Shown here one piece after another: positions 53,032 to 63,891 of a stretch of 64,000 nt of DNA. How positions within the stretch are numbered: the first letter of the stretch is position 1; every line of letters begins with the position of its first letter. Where the stretch lies: assembly GCA_900763875.1 (NCBI GenBank), contig CAAFLX010000021.1, positions 962-64,961 on the forward strand, given 5' to 3'. Made by a program: the position numbers and the translations under genes. The notes under the pieces are model-generated. The model saw only the letters and a list, made by a program, of their open reading frames with translations. It searched no databases and was not told the origin of the DNA. The stretch is from Clostridia bacterium (lineage in GTDB: Bacteria; Bacillota; Clostridia; Christensenellales; CAG-917).

Positions 53032-55326
53032 TTAGGCGTGGTCGCTGTTGCGGTATGCAATGCTGTCTTCCAAATTGACGGATTTTGCCGAGATTTGCGC
53101 AAAACCCTTGTCGTTGATTTTGACAAGCCCCACCTCGTCGAAGATTTTGAGAGCGAGCATAAACGTGCTTTGGCTCACCTTACACCCCGAGCAAACCGCA
53201 ACGTACAGTTTGTGCGGACTTGCAAATTTGTTTGAGCGGCGAGAAACGTTGACAATCTCCTTGTACACTTTGCGCAAGGAATCTTTGCTCACCGAAATTC
53301 TTTTTTCCGAGCAATCTCCGAGGGCGTACAACGCCTTCGTTTCCTTTTGAAGTTTGGCAAGATACCCCTCGCAAAGCGGATGTCCGAACACGACAACTCT
53401 GTTGAAAAACGAGAAATCGAAACACTGAGCAGGACACACCACCACGCAGTTTTCGGGGTTTAGACAACGTGGAGTCGCAATCAGTACGGGCAACTTTTTT
53501 ATGCCCTCGTTTTGCTTGCAAAGCTCCTCGTATTCTTGCTTTGAAAAACACACGATTGCAGTCCCAAACGGCTCTTTAAGCCACTCTTTTACGCTGTTAA
53601 AGTCTGTTTTTTGCAAATCTGCACGTCCGCTCTCCGAGAGTTGGTGCAGGTTCATGCACTTTGCCTCGTCCTCGTCAAGCTCTATGTCCTCAAACTGCAA
53701 GGTTTGAATTATACCTTGCGCGGATTGCCTGTTTTGAAAGGTGTTTACGCCAAGCGAAATCTCAAAGCCCACCTTGCCCGTTCTTGCCGAAAGGCAGGGC
53801 GCGAATTTTGAAAAGCCCATAAGCTCCAAGTTTGGCGAATAATATTTGACGTGTTGCGAAAAGCCTATTCTGTCAAATCTCATTCCCTGCCCTTTCACAA
53901 GAAAAGTGGGGCGAGGATTTTGATAGCCCGTCGGCTCCATAAGTTCGAGTTCCTTGGCAAACGTCAAGAAGTCCATATCGATGGGAAGCTCCATCTCGCA
54001 ACTTATCTCGTGGGTGAAATCTTGCTTGTCGTGCGTTGTCAAAATCAAGTCGTTTGCGGCTTTGACAAAGTCGTCAAACTTGCTCTCGTGCATTGACAAT
54101 CCCGCCGCCTGCGCGTGACCGCCAAAGCCCGTAAAGTATTCGGACAACGAGCAAAGAGTTTCAAAAATGTTGACTTGAGGAATCGAGCGTGCCGAACCGC
54201 GAAGTTCGCCGTCCTCGGTGGCCGCAAACAAAATCGCAGGTCGTTTGAACTCCTCGACCAGTCGCGCGCACGCGATACCCAATATACCGGGCTCCCAATC
54301 CTTGTTTTTAAGCACGATTATTCCGACGTCGTTGAAATTTGTACCTGCAAGCTGCTCCTTGGCTCTGTCAACCGCCTTTTCGCAAAGCTCTTGACGAGCG
54401 GAGTTATCTCTTGCAAGTTCGTCCGTGAGCGTCCTCAAAAGGAAGTAGTCGTTTTCAAGGAAGAGTCCGACGACTTTCATTGCGGAGTTGAGTCTGCCTG
54501 CGGCGTTCATTCTCGGCGCAAGGCGGAACATAACGTCGGTTGCGGACACGCTCTCTTGATTGAGGAGCATTTTTACGCCCTTTCTCGGGGACGTGGTGAT
54601 TTGTTTAAGCCCGAAATAGGCGATGATACGGTTGTCGTCTTTGAGAGGAACAACGTCTGCAATGGTTGCAATTGCAACGATGTCGAGATACTTTTTCGCC
54701 TCTTCCCTGCCGCCAAGAGCCTCGACAAGTTTGAGCGCAACGCCTGCGCCGCACAGGTCGAAGAATCCTTTTCTTGCAACTTTTGGGTCAACGACGATGC
54801 AATCGGGGATGCTCTCTTGCGGTTCGTGGTGGTCGGTGACGATAGTTTCGATGCCTCTTGACTTCAAATACTCCACTTCCTCGATTGCGGTGATGCCCGT
54901 GTCCACTGTGATGACGAGAGTCGGCGAGTGGTATGCGAGGATTTTTTCAAGTGCGTCAACGCTTATTCCGTAGCCGTCCTTGTTGCGGTCGGGAATGAAG
55001 TAGAACACGTCGAGTTTGTCACGCAAATACAGCATAAGCGTTGAAATGGCGCAAATACCGTCGCAGTCGTAATCGCCGTAAATAAGCACTTTTTCCTTGT
55101 TTTTTATGGCTTTTTGAATGCGAGCGACAGCCTCTTTCATACCGTCGATTTCATACGGGGACGAGAGTTTGTCAAGAGACGGGTGCAGATAGTCGTAAAG
55201 CGAATCCTCGCTCATACCCCGTCCCAAGAGCAAACGCAAAAAGTCTTGGGAAATTCCAAGACGCTTTGCAAGAGCGACTCTGTCGCCGCTCAACGGAAAT
55301 CGGGGTGTTTTTACAACGTATCTCAT
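53032..55326 (-). CDS. recJ: single-stranded-DNA-specific exonuclease RecJ (long form)
   Basis: 764 aa. DHH motifs (IYGDYDCDGI, TVDTGI, VTDHH) and a DHHA1 motif (GGHAQAAG). Confidence 0.9.
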   Translation of the reverse strand: MRYVVKTPRFPLSGDRVALAKRLGISQDFLRLLLGRGMSEDSLYDYLHPSLDKLSSPYEIDGMKEAVARIQKAIKNKEKVLIYGDYDCDGICAISTLMLYLRDKLDVFYFIPDRNKDGYGISVDALEKILAYHSPTLVITVDTGITAIEEVEYLKSRGIETIVTDHHEPQESIPDCIVVDPKVARKGFFDLCGAGVALKLVEALGGREEAKKYLDIVAIATIADVVPLKDDNRIIAYFGLKQITTSPRKGVKMLLNQESVSATDVMFRLAPRMNAAGRLNSAMKVVGLFLENDYFLLRTLTDELARDNSARQELCEKAVDRAKEQLAGTNFNDVGIIVLKNKDWEPGILGIACARLVEEFKRPAILFAATEDGELRGSARSIPQVNIFETLCSLSEYFTGFGGHAQAAGLSMHESKFDDFVKAANDLILTTHDKQDFTHEISCEMELPIDMDFLTFAKELELMEPTGYQNPRPTFLVKGQGMRFDRIGFSQHVKYYSPNLELMGFSKFAPCLSARTGKVGFEISLGVNTFQNRQSAQGIIQTLQFEDIELDEDEAKCMNLHQLSESGRADLQKTDFNSVKEWLKEPFGTAIVCFSKQEYEELCKQNEGIKKLPVLIATPRCLNPENCVVVCPAQCFDFSFFNRVVVFGHPLCEGYLAKLQKETKALYALGDCSEKRISVSKDSLRKVYKEIVNVSRRSNKFASPHKLYVAVCSGCKVSQSTFMLALKIFDEVGLVKINDKGFAQISAKSVNLEDSIAYRNSDHA

Positions 55327-55373
55327 AAAATCATAAAACTACGCCCTCACCTTTGTGAGGGCGCAATCCTTTG

Positions 55374-56579
55374 TTATTTTTTCTTTTTGAACGTCGTGTT
55401 CTTCTTTGAATACTTGTAGACGACGTTTTGTTTTTGCTTTTGTTGACCTGCTTGTTTGACTTGCGGTCTGACTTCGCGTTCGTCGTCGTTCGCGACGGTG
55501 ACGTCACTGTCTTCTTCGTCGTCCTTCTTGTCGTAGGTCACTGCGTTGCGCTTTGCATACTTTGCCTTTGTCTTGTCAAAGGAGATGCTCAAGGCCGCCC
55601 AGAGCGGAGTTGCAAGGCAGGTTGCCGAGAACAAACCTGAGAGCAAGCCGAGAATGATAGGCACGCAGAACTCTCTTATGGTGTCGCTTCCGAGGATTGC
55701 AAGGAAGATGATTGTAACCATTGTCGTCAACGTGGAGTAGACGGTACGAGTGAGCGAGGCGCGCACGGCGGTGTCGCCGATGCCCTTATAGTCGATGTCC
55801 TTTTGACCTTTGAGAGGCTTGATGGTTTCACGGCAACGGTCGAAGATGACGATTGTGTTGTTGATCGAGTATGCAACGATTGTAATCATAGCCGCAACGT
55901 AGGAGCTGTTGATTTGCACTCTGCAAATGACGGTGAGAGCAAACATAATAACCACGTCGTGCAAGAGAGCGACGACAGCGGCGATAGCACTCGTAAACGT
56001 AAAGCGGATCATGATGTAGACGAGAATCAACGCAATGGACACCGCAAGAGCAATGCCTGCCTTGGAGAGCAAGTCGGCAGCGGCGGTTGCACCGATTGAT
56101 TGATAGGTGATCTTGTTTTGGTCGGTGAGCGAAACGTCGGGATTGACGGCGTCGTCAACGGCTTTTCTGATCGCCTTGTTCATTTCCTCGATTTTGGCGT
56201 CGTCCTTGAACACGTTTTTGTATCTGAAAACGATTGCGGTTTTGTCTTTGTCGTTTGCCTCTTGGCGTTGCATATAGCTTACAACGACGCGTTGACCGTC
56301 AATTTCGACCTTTTCAATCTCGGATTTGAGCTTTTTGCTTTGCTCCTCATAGACGTTTTGGTCGAGCAATTTTTCGCCGACGGTGACGGTGAGAATAGTA
56401 CCGCCCTCGAAGTCGATGCCGATGCCGACCGCGTCGGAGTAGCTGCCCGTCGACGCGCCGAGCGACACAATCAAGATGACTGCCGCAAGCACGATGACAA
56501 AGGGCACGATTGCCATATATTTTGCATTTTTGCAAACGCTGTAGTTGTTGCAAAGATTGCGGAAGTTGCTGTTTTTCAT
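55374..56579 (-). CDS. secF: protein translocase subunit SecF (with Lys/acidic C-terminal tail)
   Basis: ATG at 56579, one nt after the secD stop, behind GGAGGAGG. It has a polytopic SecF core. Confidence 0.9.
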   Translation of the reverse strand: MKNSNFRNLCNNYSVCKNAKYMAIVPFVIVLAAVILIVSLGASTGSYSDAVGIGIDFEGGTILTVTVGEKLLDQNVYEEQSKKLKSEIEKVEIDGQRVVVSYMQRQEANDKDKTAIVFRYKNVFKDDAKIEEMNKAIRKAVDDAVNPDVSLTDQNKITYQSIGATAAADLLSKAGIALAVSIALILVYIMIRFTFTSAIAAVVALLHDVVIMFALTVICRVQINSSYVAAMITIVAYSINNTIVIFDRCRETIKPLKGQKDIDYKGIGDTAVRASLTRTVYSTLTTMVTIIFLAILGSDTIREFCVPIILGLLSGLFSATCLATPLWAALSISFDKTKAKYAKRNAVTYDKKDDEEDSDVTVANDDEREVRPQVKQAGQQKQKQNVVYKYSKKNTTFKKKK

Positions 56580-56580
56580 A

Positions 56581-57945
56581 TTACGCCTCCTCCTTTGCAA
56601 GTTTTGTGGATACGCTCTTTGCGTCCTCTTCTTTTTCGTCTTCATTGATGCGTTTCAAGCCGTAGAACTTCTCGCTTGTGCTGTTGAGAGGCATAAACGC
56701 TTTGAGTATGAGCCTTGTGACAACCAGCGAGCAGAAAAGCGAGAGCAAGATACCGATGAAGAGCGTGACCGCAAAGCCGACGATTGACGCAGAACCGAGC
56801 ACCCAAAGCACGATTGCACCGATAAGGGTTGTGATTTGTCCGTCGACGATTGCGCCTGCAGAACGTTTGAAACCGATCTTTATGCAAGTCGAAATGGGCT
56901 TTGAGGAGTGCTTGTACTCGTCCTTGACTCTCTCGAAGATGATGACGTTTGCGTCAACAGCCATACCGATTGAGAGCAAGATACCTGCAATGCCGGGGAG
57001 AGTGAGTTGCACCCACGGGAGCACTGCGCAGAACCAAATGAGAAGCACGATGTACACGCAAAGGGAGAGGTCTGCCGCGATGCCGAGCCCGCGATATACG
57101 CACGCCATAAAGATGAAGATGAGCGCGACGCCCACAGCACCTGCGATGAGTGCGGTGCGAATGGAGTTTTCACCAAGCGTTGCCGAGATGTTTCTGATTT
57201 CGGCAAGTTGGAGAGTGACGCCAAACGTGCCCGATTGGAGCTTTGTTGCATAATCGTATGCCGATTGATAGGTGTAGTTGCCGGTGATGATTGCCGAACC
57301 GTTGGTGATTGCCGCATTGATTGACGGCTCCATAATCTTTTGACCGCCAACGTAGATGTAGGTCTTTTTACCGACGTTTGCGGAAGTGATTTCACCAAAC
57401 TTCTTTGCACCCTTGTCGTTGAACTTCAAACCGATTGCGTATTGACCGTTGTCGGAAGTTGTGACGTATGCGTTTTCAAGGTGTTCGCGTCCGTTGAGGA
57501 ACGCTTTCTTTTCAAGGTCGGTGTTGCTTGCCTCGTTGCCGAGATCTTCGAGGGTGAAGTAGAGCGACGCGGGACGTCCGATAAGGTCGAGCACTTTTTC
57601 GGGATCGTCAACGTCGGGAATCTCGACGCGGATTGTCGTGGTGTCGCCCGACGAGCCTTTTGTCACCGTCGCTTCAGTGTAACCCTTTGATACGAGCAGG
57701 CTTTGAAGAGAGCTGATCGTGCCGCTGACGCGCGTGTCGAAATCGCCGTGTTCGTCGTTTGCAACGTTAAAGACTGCGGACACACCGCCCGACATATCTA
57801 AACCAAGTTTGATTGTCCTTGCGTAACCGGTGTAATCATAAATGGAATTGCCGATTTGATGAGTCGGCAACACGGCGAACACCGCCATGAGAATGATGAA
57901 TACACTCACTATACACAAGATGACTATTGATTTCTTCTTGTTCAC
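56581..57945 (-). CDS. secD: protein translocase subunit SecD
   Basis: 454 aa. GTG start with a GGAGG RBS. LGLDMSGG and a C-terminal six-TM domain. Confidence 0.9.
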   Translation of the reverse strand: MNKKKSIVILCIVSVFIILMAVFAVLPTHQIGNSIYDYTGYARTIKLGLDMSGGVSAVFNVANDEHGDFDTRVSGTISSLQSLLVSKGYTEATVTKGSSGDTTTIRVEIPDVDDPEKVLDLIGRPASLYFTLEDLGNEASNTDLEKKAFLNGREHLENAYVTTSDNGQYAIGLKFNDKGAKKFGEITSANVGKKTYIYVGGQKIMEPSINAAITNGSAIITGNYTYQSAYDYATKLQSGTFGVTLQLAEIRNISATLGENSIRTALIAGAVGVALIFIFMACVYRGLGIAADLSLCVYIVLLIWFCAVLPWVQLTLPGIAGILLSIGMAVDANVIIFERVKDEYKHSSKPISTCIKIGFKRSAGAIVDGQITTLIGAIVLWVLGSASIVGFAVTLFIGILLSLFCSLVVTRLILKAFMPLNSTSEKFYGLKRINEDEKEEDAKSVSTKLAKEEA

Positions 57946-58091
57946 AGGACTAGTCCTCCATATAGTAAAACATAAATATTATAACTATAACATCTTGTCA
58001 AGTCAAGAAAATATGACTCGTTTGCTTGCATTTAAGGGGTATTTTTTGCACAAAACGGCATATATTTCCGTCGACGTTCATACTTTGTTGT

Positions 58092-58490
58092 ATGGAAAAA
58101 GCAAAAAATATCAAAACCGACGTCACCGACGTGCTAAAAGCCGTGCTGTTTGCAACCCTGATATCCCTCGCTTTGGTGCTGATTTTTGCAATCGTCATTC
58201 GCTTTGCAAACGTGCAAAACAAGGTGATTATGCCCGTAAATATAGCAATTAAAATCCTTTCTCTGCTGTTTGGGGTTATGATTGCGTTCAAAAATCCGCA
58301 AAACGGACTCGTAAAAGGCGCGATAAGCGGACTTGTGTATATGCTTTTCACATTCCTCATCTTCTCCGCCCTCAACTCGTTCAAAGACGTGTCTTTCAGT
58401 TGGATAGATCTCATCACCCTACCCTTTGCCGGTGCGGTCAGCGGAATAATCGCCGTAAACGTAAAATCCAAAACGCACAAAGCAAAATGA
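58092..58490 (+). CDS. small four-TM membrane protein, YrzE-like (TIGR04086-type, assignment from memory)
   Basis: 132 aa from the ATG at 58092. It sits between secDF and yajC, as yrzE does in B. subtilis. Confidence 0.5.
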   Translation: MEKAKNIKTDVTDVLKAVLFATLISLALVLIFAIVIRFANVQNKVIMPVNIAIKILSLLFGVMIAFKNPQNGLVKGAISGLVYMLFTFLIFSALNSFKDVSFSWIDLITLPFAGAVSGIIAVNVKSKTHKAK

Positions 58491-58524
58491 CGTCGCGCAT
58501 TGCGACGTCAAAACACGTTTTCGC

Positions 58525-58558
58525 AAAAAAAGCCATCGAACTATTCGGTGGCTTTCTC
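58525..58558 (+). terminator. plus-strand terminator
   Basis: GCCATCG-aactatt-CGGTGGC (its U-G pair is valid only on the plus strand) followed by TTTCTC. It is preceded by another perfect 8-bp hairpin, GACGTCGC-gcatt-GCGACGTC, at 58489-58509. Confidence 0.5.
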
Positions 58559-58561
58559 AAC

Positions 58562-58589
58562 AAAAAAAGCACGCGGCGCGTGCTTTTTT
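58562..58589. terminator. bidirectional terminator (yajC / YrzE-like)
   Basis: AAAAAAA-GCACGC-ggc-GCGTGC-TTTTTT. Confidence 0.8.
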
Positions 58590-58604
58590 ATGGTTTTGAA
58601 AAAC

Positions 58605-59156
58605 TTATTTTTCTTCAACGGGTGCATCCGCTGCATCGTCTGCAAGTGCGTCTTCAACAACGTCGCCGCTCACTGCTTTGTCGCAATCTGCTTTGTCCGC
58701 GCAAGCGTCGCAGTTGTTGTCGCAAGCATTGTCTGCTTGAGCGTCTTGTGCAGGTGCGTCTTCCGTTGCAGGTGCGCTGTCCGTTGCGGGTGCTTCGGGA
58801 GCTGCGACTTTTTCAAGGACGTAACCGACTGCTTTCTTGTCGATGACAATCAAAGTGGGGTTGGTTTCAGTGCCGACGTTGACGATGAGAGTGTTGTCGG
58901 AATTGACTTGGGTAATCTTGCCCACAATGCCGCCCACGGTCATGAGCTTTGTGCCGACGCAAAGGCTGTTCATCATATTTTGTTGTTCTTTTTGGCGTTT
59001 CTTTTGAGGAACGATGGTGAGAACAATCATAAGAACGAGCACAACGCCGATGATGACGTACATAATCCAGCCTTTTTCGTTTTTTGCACCGGTTGTTGCG
59101 CCTGAGTTTTCACCTTCTGCCGCTGCAAGCAGCAAAGAATTGAAGAAATTTAACAT
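58605..59156 (-). CDS. yajC: preprotein translocase subunit YajC with acidic Cys-rich C-terminal tail
   Basis: ATG at 59156 behind AAAGGAG. YajC core IIGVVLVLMIVLTIVPQKKRQKE...GTKLMTVGGIVGKI. The tail is NACDNNCDACADKADCDKA.... Confidence 0.8.
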   Translation of the reverse strand: MLNFFNSLLLAAAEGENSGATTGAKNEKGWIMYVIIGVVLVLMIVLTIVPQKKRQKEQQNMMNSLCVGTKLMTVGGIVGKITQVNSDNTLIVNVGTETNPTLIVIDKKAVGYVLEKVAAPEAPATDSAPATEDAPAQDAQADNACDNNCDACADKADCDKAVSGDVVEDALADDAADAPVEEK

Positions 59157-59286
59157 ATTTGCTCCTTTATTCACCTATGCGGTAATTCTATTTTTGATAT
59201 TTTAATGTTACACGATTTAATATTGTTTTGCAACAAAAATCAAACATTTTGTGGCTTTATTAAAGCATTTTTAATGTTTTAGAGTC

Positions 59287-60432
<1,146 letters not shown>

Positions 60433-60504
60433 TTATTGTATTTGTATATTATTTTTATTGCAAAATTGTTTTCATCTGCGAGAGTAAGCGGCAAAAGCGC
60501 ACGT

Positions 60505-61548
60505 CTATTCAAAAAAGGACGAATCGCCAAACGAAAAGAATCTATACTTCTGCTTGACCGCCTCGTTGTAGATGTCCAGAGTCTTTTCTCTGCCCACAAA
60601 CGCCGAAACAAGCATAATCAACGTGCTTTCGGGCAAGTGGAAGTTGGTGATAAGCCCCTTTACGCACTTGAATTTGTAGCCCGGATAAATGAATATGCTC
60701 GTGTCGCCCTTTTGCGCGCGGACGTATCCGTTGTCGTCGGCAACCGTTTCTAGGGTGCGAACGCTCGTTGTGCCTACGCATATGACTCGCCTGCCCTCTC
60801 GTATGGCACAATTTATTTTTTCGGCGTTTTCCTCGTCGATTTCATAGTATTCGGTGTGCATCTCGTGCTTAAGGATATTGTCCTCTTTGACGGGACGGAA
60901 CGTGCCAAGCCCTATGTGCAAAAGCACGGTTGCAAAATCAACGCCCATATCCTTGATTTTTTGCATAAGTTCGGGCGTGAAATGCAAGCCTGCTGTGGGT
61001 GCGGCGGCAGAGCCTTCGATCTTGCTGTACACGGTTTGATACCTCTCCTTGTCGGCGAGTTTCTCCTTGATGTACGGCGGGAGAGGCATATTGCCCACCC
61101 TGTCGAGAATGTCCTCGAAAACGCCCTCGAATTGAAATTCTATCGTGCGCGCGCCGTAGTCGCCTATCTCGGTGACAACTGCGCTCAATTCGTCGCAAAA
61201 GTGAATCACCGAGCCGAGTTTTGCCTTGCGTGCAGGTTTCATTATGGTTTCCCAATGCGTGTAATCTCTGCGTTTCAAAAGCAAAACCTCAAGCACGCTC
61301 TCGTGATTTTCGATATGTCCGAAAATGCGAGCAGGGATAACCCTCGTGTTGTTAATCACAAGCAAATCGCCCTTTTTGAGGAAGGACGGCAAATCGTAAA
61401 AATGCTTATGCTCTATTTTGTCCGTTTGACGATTGTACACCAAAAGCCTCGAATGGTCGCGAGGCTCGATGGGAGTTTGTGCGATGAGTTCTTCGGGCAA
61501 ATCATAGAAGAAATCATGCGTTTTTAGAGTTTTATTTTCTTGTTCCAT
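60505..61548 (-). CDS. queA: S-adenosylmethionine:tRNA ribosyltransferase-isomerase
   Basis: FFYDLPEELIAQTP...SRLLV...GSAAAPTAGLHFT...TTSVRTLE. ATG at 61548; the ORF track uses TTG at 61554. Confidence 0.95.
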   Translation of the reverse strand: MEQENKTLKTHDFFYDLPEELIAQTPIEPRDHSRLLVYNRQTDKIEHKHFYDLPSFLKKGDLLVINNTRVIPARIFGHIENHESVLEVLLLKRRDYTHWETIMKPARKAKLGSVIHFCDELSAVVTEIGDYGARTIEFQFEGVFEDILDRVGNMPLPPYIKEKLADKERYQTVYSKIEGSAAAPTAGLHFTPELMQKIKDMGVDFATVLLHIGLGTFRPVKEDNILKHEMHTEYYEIDEENAEKINCAIREGRRVICVGTTSVRTLETVADDNGYVRAQKGDTSIFIYPGYKFKCVKGLITNFHLPESTLIMLVSAFVGREKTLDIYNEAVKQKYRFFSFGDSSFFE

Positions 61549-61572
61549 ATTCAAATTTTTCCGCGGATTGAT

Positions 61573-62607
61573 TTATTTAAACTCTCTGTTCATATGCTTA
61601 TATGCGTTTTCCGTGCAAACTCTCCCTCTCGGAGTTCTGCCGATAAAGCCGAGTTGAATGAGGAAAGGTTCGACAACGTCCTCAATGGTGCTTGCCTCCT
61701 CCCCTGTTGCGGCGGCGAGTGTTTCAAGTCCGACAGGCCCTCCGCCGAATTTGTCGATGATTGCCTCCAAGACGGTGCGGTCGGTGATATCCAAGCCAAG
61801 CTCGTCAACGTCCATAAGCGTGAGAGCCTTTTGGGTGATTTCAAGATTGATTCCGTCAAGTTTTTCATATTGCGCAAAGTCACGCACACGGCGCAAAAGC
61901 CTGTTGGCGATACGCGGAGTGCCGCGGGAACGTCTTGCAATTTCAAGAGCGGCGGTATCCTCGATTGCAATGCCCAAAATGTTGCTCGAACGCATAACTA
62001 TGCGTTTTAGTTGTTCATCGGAGTACATTTCAAGGCGCAAGGACATGCCGAAACGGTCACGCAACGGGCTTGAAAGCATGCCTGCCCTCGTCGTTGCGCC
62101 GATGAGCGTAAAGCGTTTGAGGGGTATGCGAATGCTTCTCGCCATAGGCCCTGTGCCGTTGACAAGGTCGAGAGAAAAATCTTCCATTGCAGGATAAAGC
62201 ACCTCTTCGATGTTGCGGTTGAGGCGATGTATCTCGTCAATGAAAAGCACGTCGCCCTTTTCAAGGTTGGTGAGCAAAGAGGCAAGGTCGGCTGCCTTTT
62301 CGATTGCAGGCCCGCTGGTGACTCTTATTTGCGCGCCAAGCTCGCTTGCAATGACGTGCGCAAGCGTGGTTTTGCCAAGTCCCGGAGGGCCGTAAAGCAA
62401 CACGTGGTCAAGAGCGTCATTCCTCTCCTTTGCCGCGGAAATGAACACTTCGAGATTCTGCTTGATTTTCTCTTGTCCGACGTACTCGTCCATATTGTGG
62501 GGACGGAGGCTATTTTCCTGCTCGTCGTCCTCGATGGTGAGCGAACTCACCACCCTATTTGTGACGTCGAAGTCCTGATTTTCTTTTGTAAATTGCGATT
62601 TGATCAT
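61573..62607 (-). CDS. ruvB: Holliday junction branch migration ATPase RuvB
   Basis: ATG at 62607 (MIKSQF...) after [23 protein letters not shown]. The ORF track start (62754) runs through the spacer. Confidence 0.95.
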   Translation of the reverse strand: MIKSQFTKENQDFDVTNRVVSSLTIEDDEQENSLRPHNMDEYVGQEKIKQNLEVFISAAKERNDALDHVLLYGPPGLGKTTLAHVIASELGAQIRVTSGPAIEKAADLASLLTNLEKGDVLFIDEIHRLNRNIEEVLYPAMEDFSLDLVNGTGPMARSIRIPLKRFTLIGATTRAGMLSSPLRDRFGMSLRLEMYSDEQLKRIVMRSSNILGIAIEDTAALEIARRSRGTPRIANRLLRRVRDFAQYEKLDGINLEITQKALTLMDVDELGLDITDRTVLEAIIDKFGGGPVGLETLAAATGEEASTIEDVVEPFLIQLGFIGRTPRGRVCTENAYKHMNREFK

Positions 62608-62642
62608 ATTGTCACCTTTTCGGTGGTTATTTGCGATGTAAT

Positions 62643-62788
62643 GCCAAATAGTGCTGTTTGCAGCAAATTGCAATATTTGGATGAAGAACAAGGAAGGTTG
62701 CGACCAAACAGACAGGAGCGTACTGCTCGTACGTGACTGTTTGGGTGGTCGCACCTGACGACGTTATTCGCCAAATAGTGCTATTTGC
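62643..62788. repeat. 19-nt direct repeat pair (each a near-palindrome) flanking a ~60-nt hairpin in the ruvA-ruvB spacer
   Basis: GCCAAATAGTGCTGTTTGC at 62643-62661 and GCCAAATAGTGCTATTTGC at 62770-62788. The second copy contains the ruvA stop. The hairpin is at 62696-62755. Confidence 0.85.
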
Positions 62789-63365
62789 TAAGTTTTTGCA
62801 AACAAGTGCGTATGATATCCTCCGTCCCACTGCACGTCTTGCTTGCCTCGGTTGCCATACGCACGGCTTCGGTTTTGGAAATGCCGAGGCTTTCGAGGGC
62901 AAAGACCGCGTCGGCGATATCCTCGCCGGTGAGAGCGTCTTGGTGGTCGTTGAAGAGGGTTATGTCGTCGGCAACTTGGTCACGCAAACTCAAAATGATA
63001 AGTTCGGCGGTTTTTTTGCCAAGTCCTTTGATTTTGCAAAGAGTTTTGCTATCTCCGCTTGCGATTGCGACGGTGAGTGTTTTGAGGTCGTAACCGCCGA
63101 GAATTTGCATTGCCATTTTAGGCCCGATACCGCTGATGTCGATAAGGCGCAAAAACAGTTTTTTCTCTTCAAGACGAGAGAAACCATACAGGGACATTTC
63201 GTCCTCTCTGACGTACAGATAGGTGTAAATCTTGATGATTTCGCCCATATCGACGTCCATGAGCGTATTGCCGCTCACGCCGATTTCGTAGCCGATGCCG
63301 TTGTTGTCAACGACGATTGACGTGAACGTTTTGTCCACGATTTTGCCTTGAATGTAGTTGTACAT
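62781..63365 (-). CDS. ruvA: Holliday junction DNA helicase RuvA
   Basis: MYNYIQGKIVDK...LISVSGIGPK-like DISGIGPKMAMQIL, and a second HhH motif KIKGLGKKTAE. ATG at 63365; the ORF track uses GTG at 63371. Confidence 0.9.
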   Translation of the reverse strand: MYNYIQGKIVDKTFTSIVVDNNGIGYEIGVSGNTLMDVDMGEIIKIYTYLYVREDEMSLYGFSRLEEKKLFLRLIDISGIGPKMAMQILGGYDLKTLTVAIASGDSKTLCKIKGLGKKTAELIILSLRDQVADDITLFNDHQDALTGEDIADAVFALESLGISKTEAVRMATEASKTCSGTEDIIRTCLQKLSK

Positions 63366-63393
63366 ACCCACCTTTTATCGCATTGCGTTTGAG

Positions 63394-63891
63394 TTATTGT
63401 ATTTTGAAGTTGCCAACAAGACGGCTTGTTTGCGCATGGCAAATTGCAACCGCCAACGCGTCTGCGGCGTCGTCGGGACGAGGCACGCTCTTCAAGCGAA
63501 GCAACACTTGAATCATATGCTGCATTTGAATTTTATCCGCGCCGCCATAGCCCGTAACAGCCTGTTTGATTTGGTTTGGAGTGTACTCGTACACTTCCTT
63601 GCCAAGGCTCTTGACCGCCGTGAGCAGAATCACTCCCCTAGCCTCGGCAACGGGTATGCCCGTGGTGATATTCTTTGAGAAAAACAGCTCCTCAATGGAT
63701 ACGTTGTCGGGCTTGTAGGTGGCAATAAGCTCCTTTACTCCGTCTTCGAGCTGGAGCAATCTTTCGGGCAAAGTGCAGCCTTTGGGCGTAGTGACAACCC
63801 CGTAATCGATGACGGAGTAGTTACCTTTTTCGGAGTTTATAACGCCGTATCCCATAGTCGCAAGACCGGGATCTATGCCCAAAATAATCAT
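63394..63891 (-). CDS. ruvC: crossover junction endodeoxyribonuclease RuvC
   Basis: 165 aa. MIILGIDPGLATMGYG...EELFF...DAADALAVAICH. Confidence 0.9.
   Translation of the reverse strand: MIILGIDPGLATMGYGVINSEKGNYSVIDYGVVTTPKGCTLPERLLQLEDGVKELIATYKPDNVSIEELFFSKNITTGIPVAEARGVILLTAVKSLGKEVYEYTPNQIKQAVTGYGGADKIQMQHMIQVLLRLKSVPRPDDAADALAVAICHAQTSRLVGNFKIQ

Noticed and set aside
62643-62788. LexA/SOS box explanation for the palindromes in the ruvA-ruvB spacer. I also looked upstream of recA at 36855-36943.
   Set aside because: CAAATAG-N2-CTATTTG does not resemble the Firmicutes CGAAC-N4-GTTCG box. No convincing box was seen upstream of recA either.
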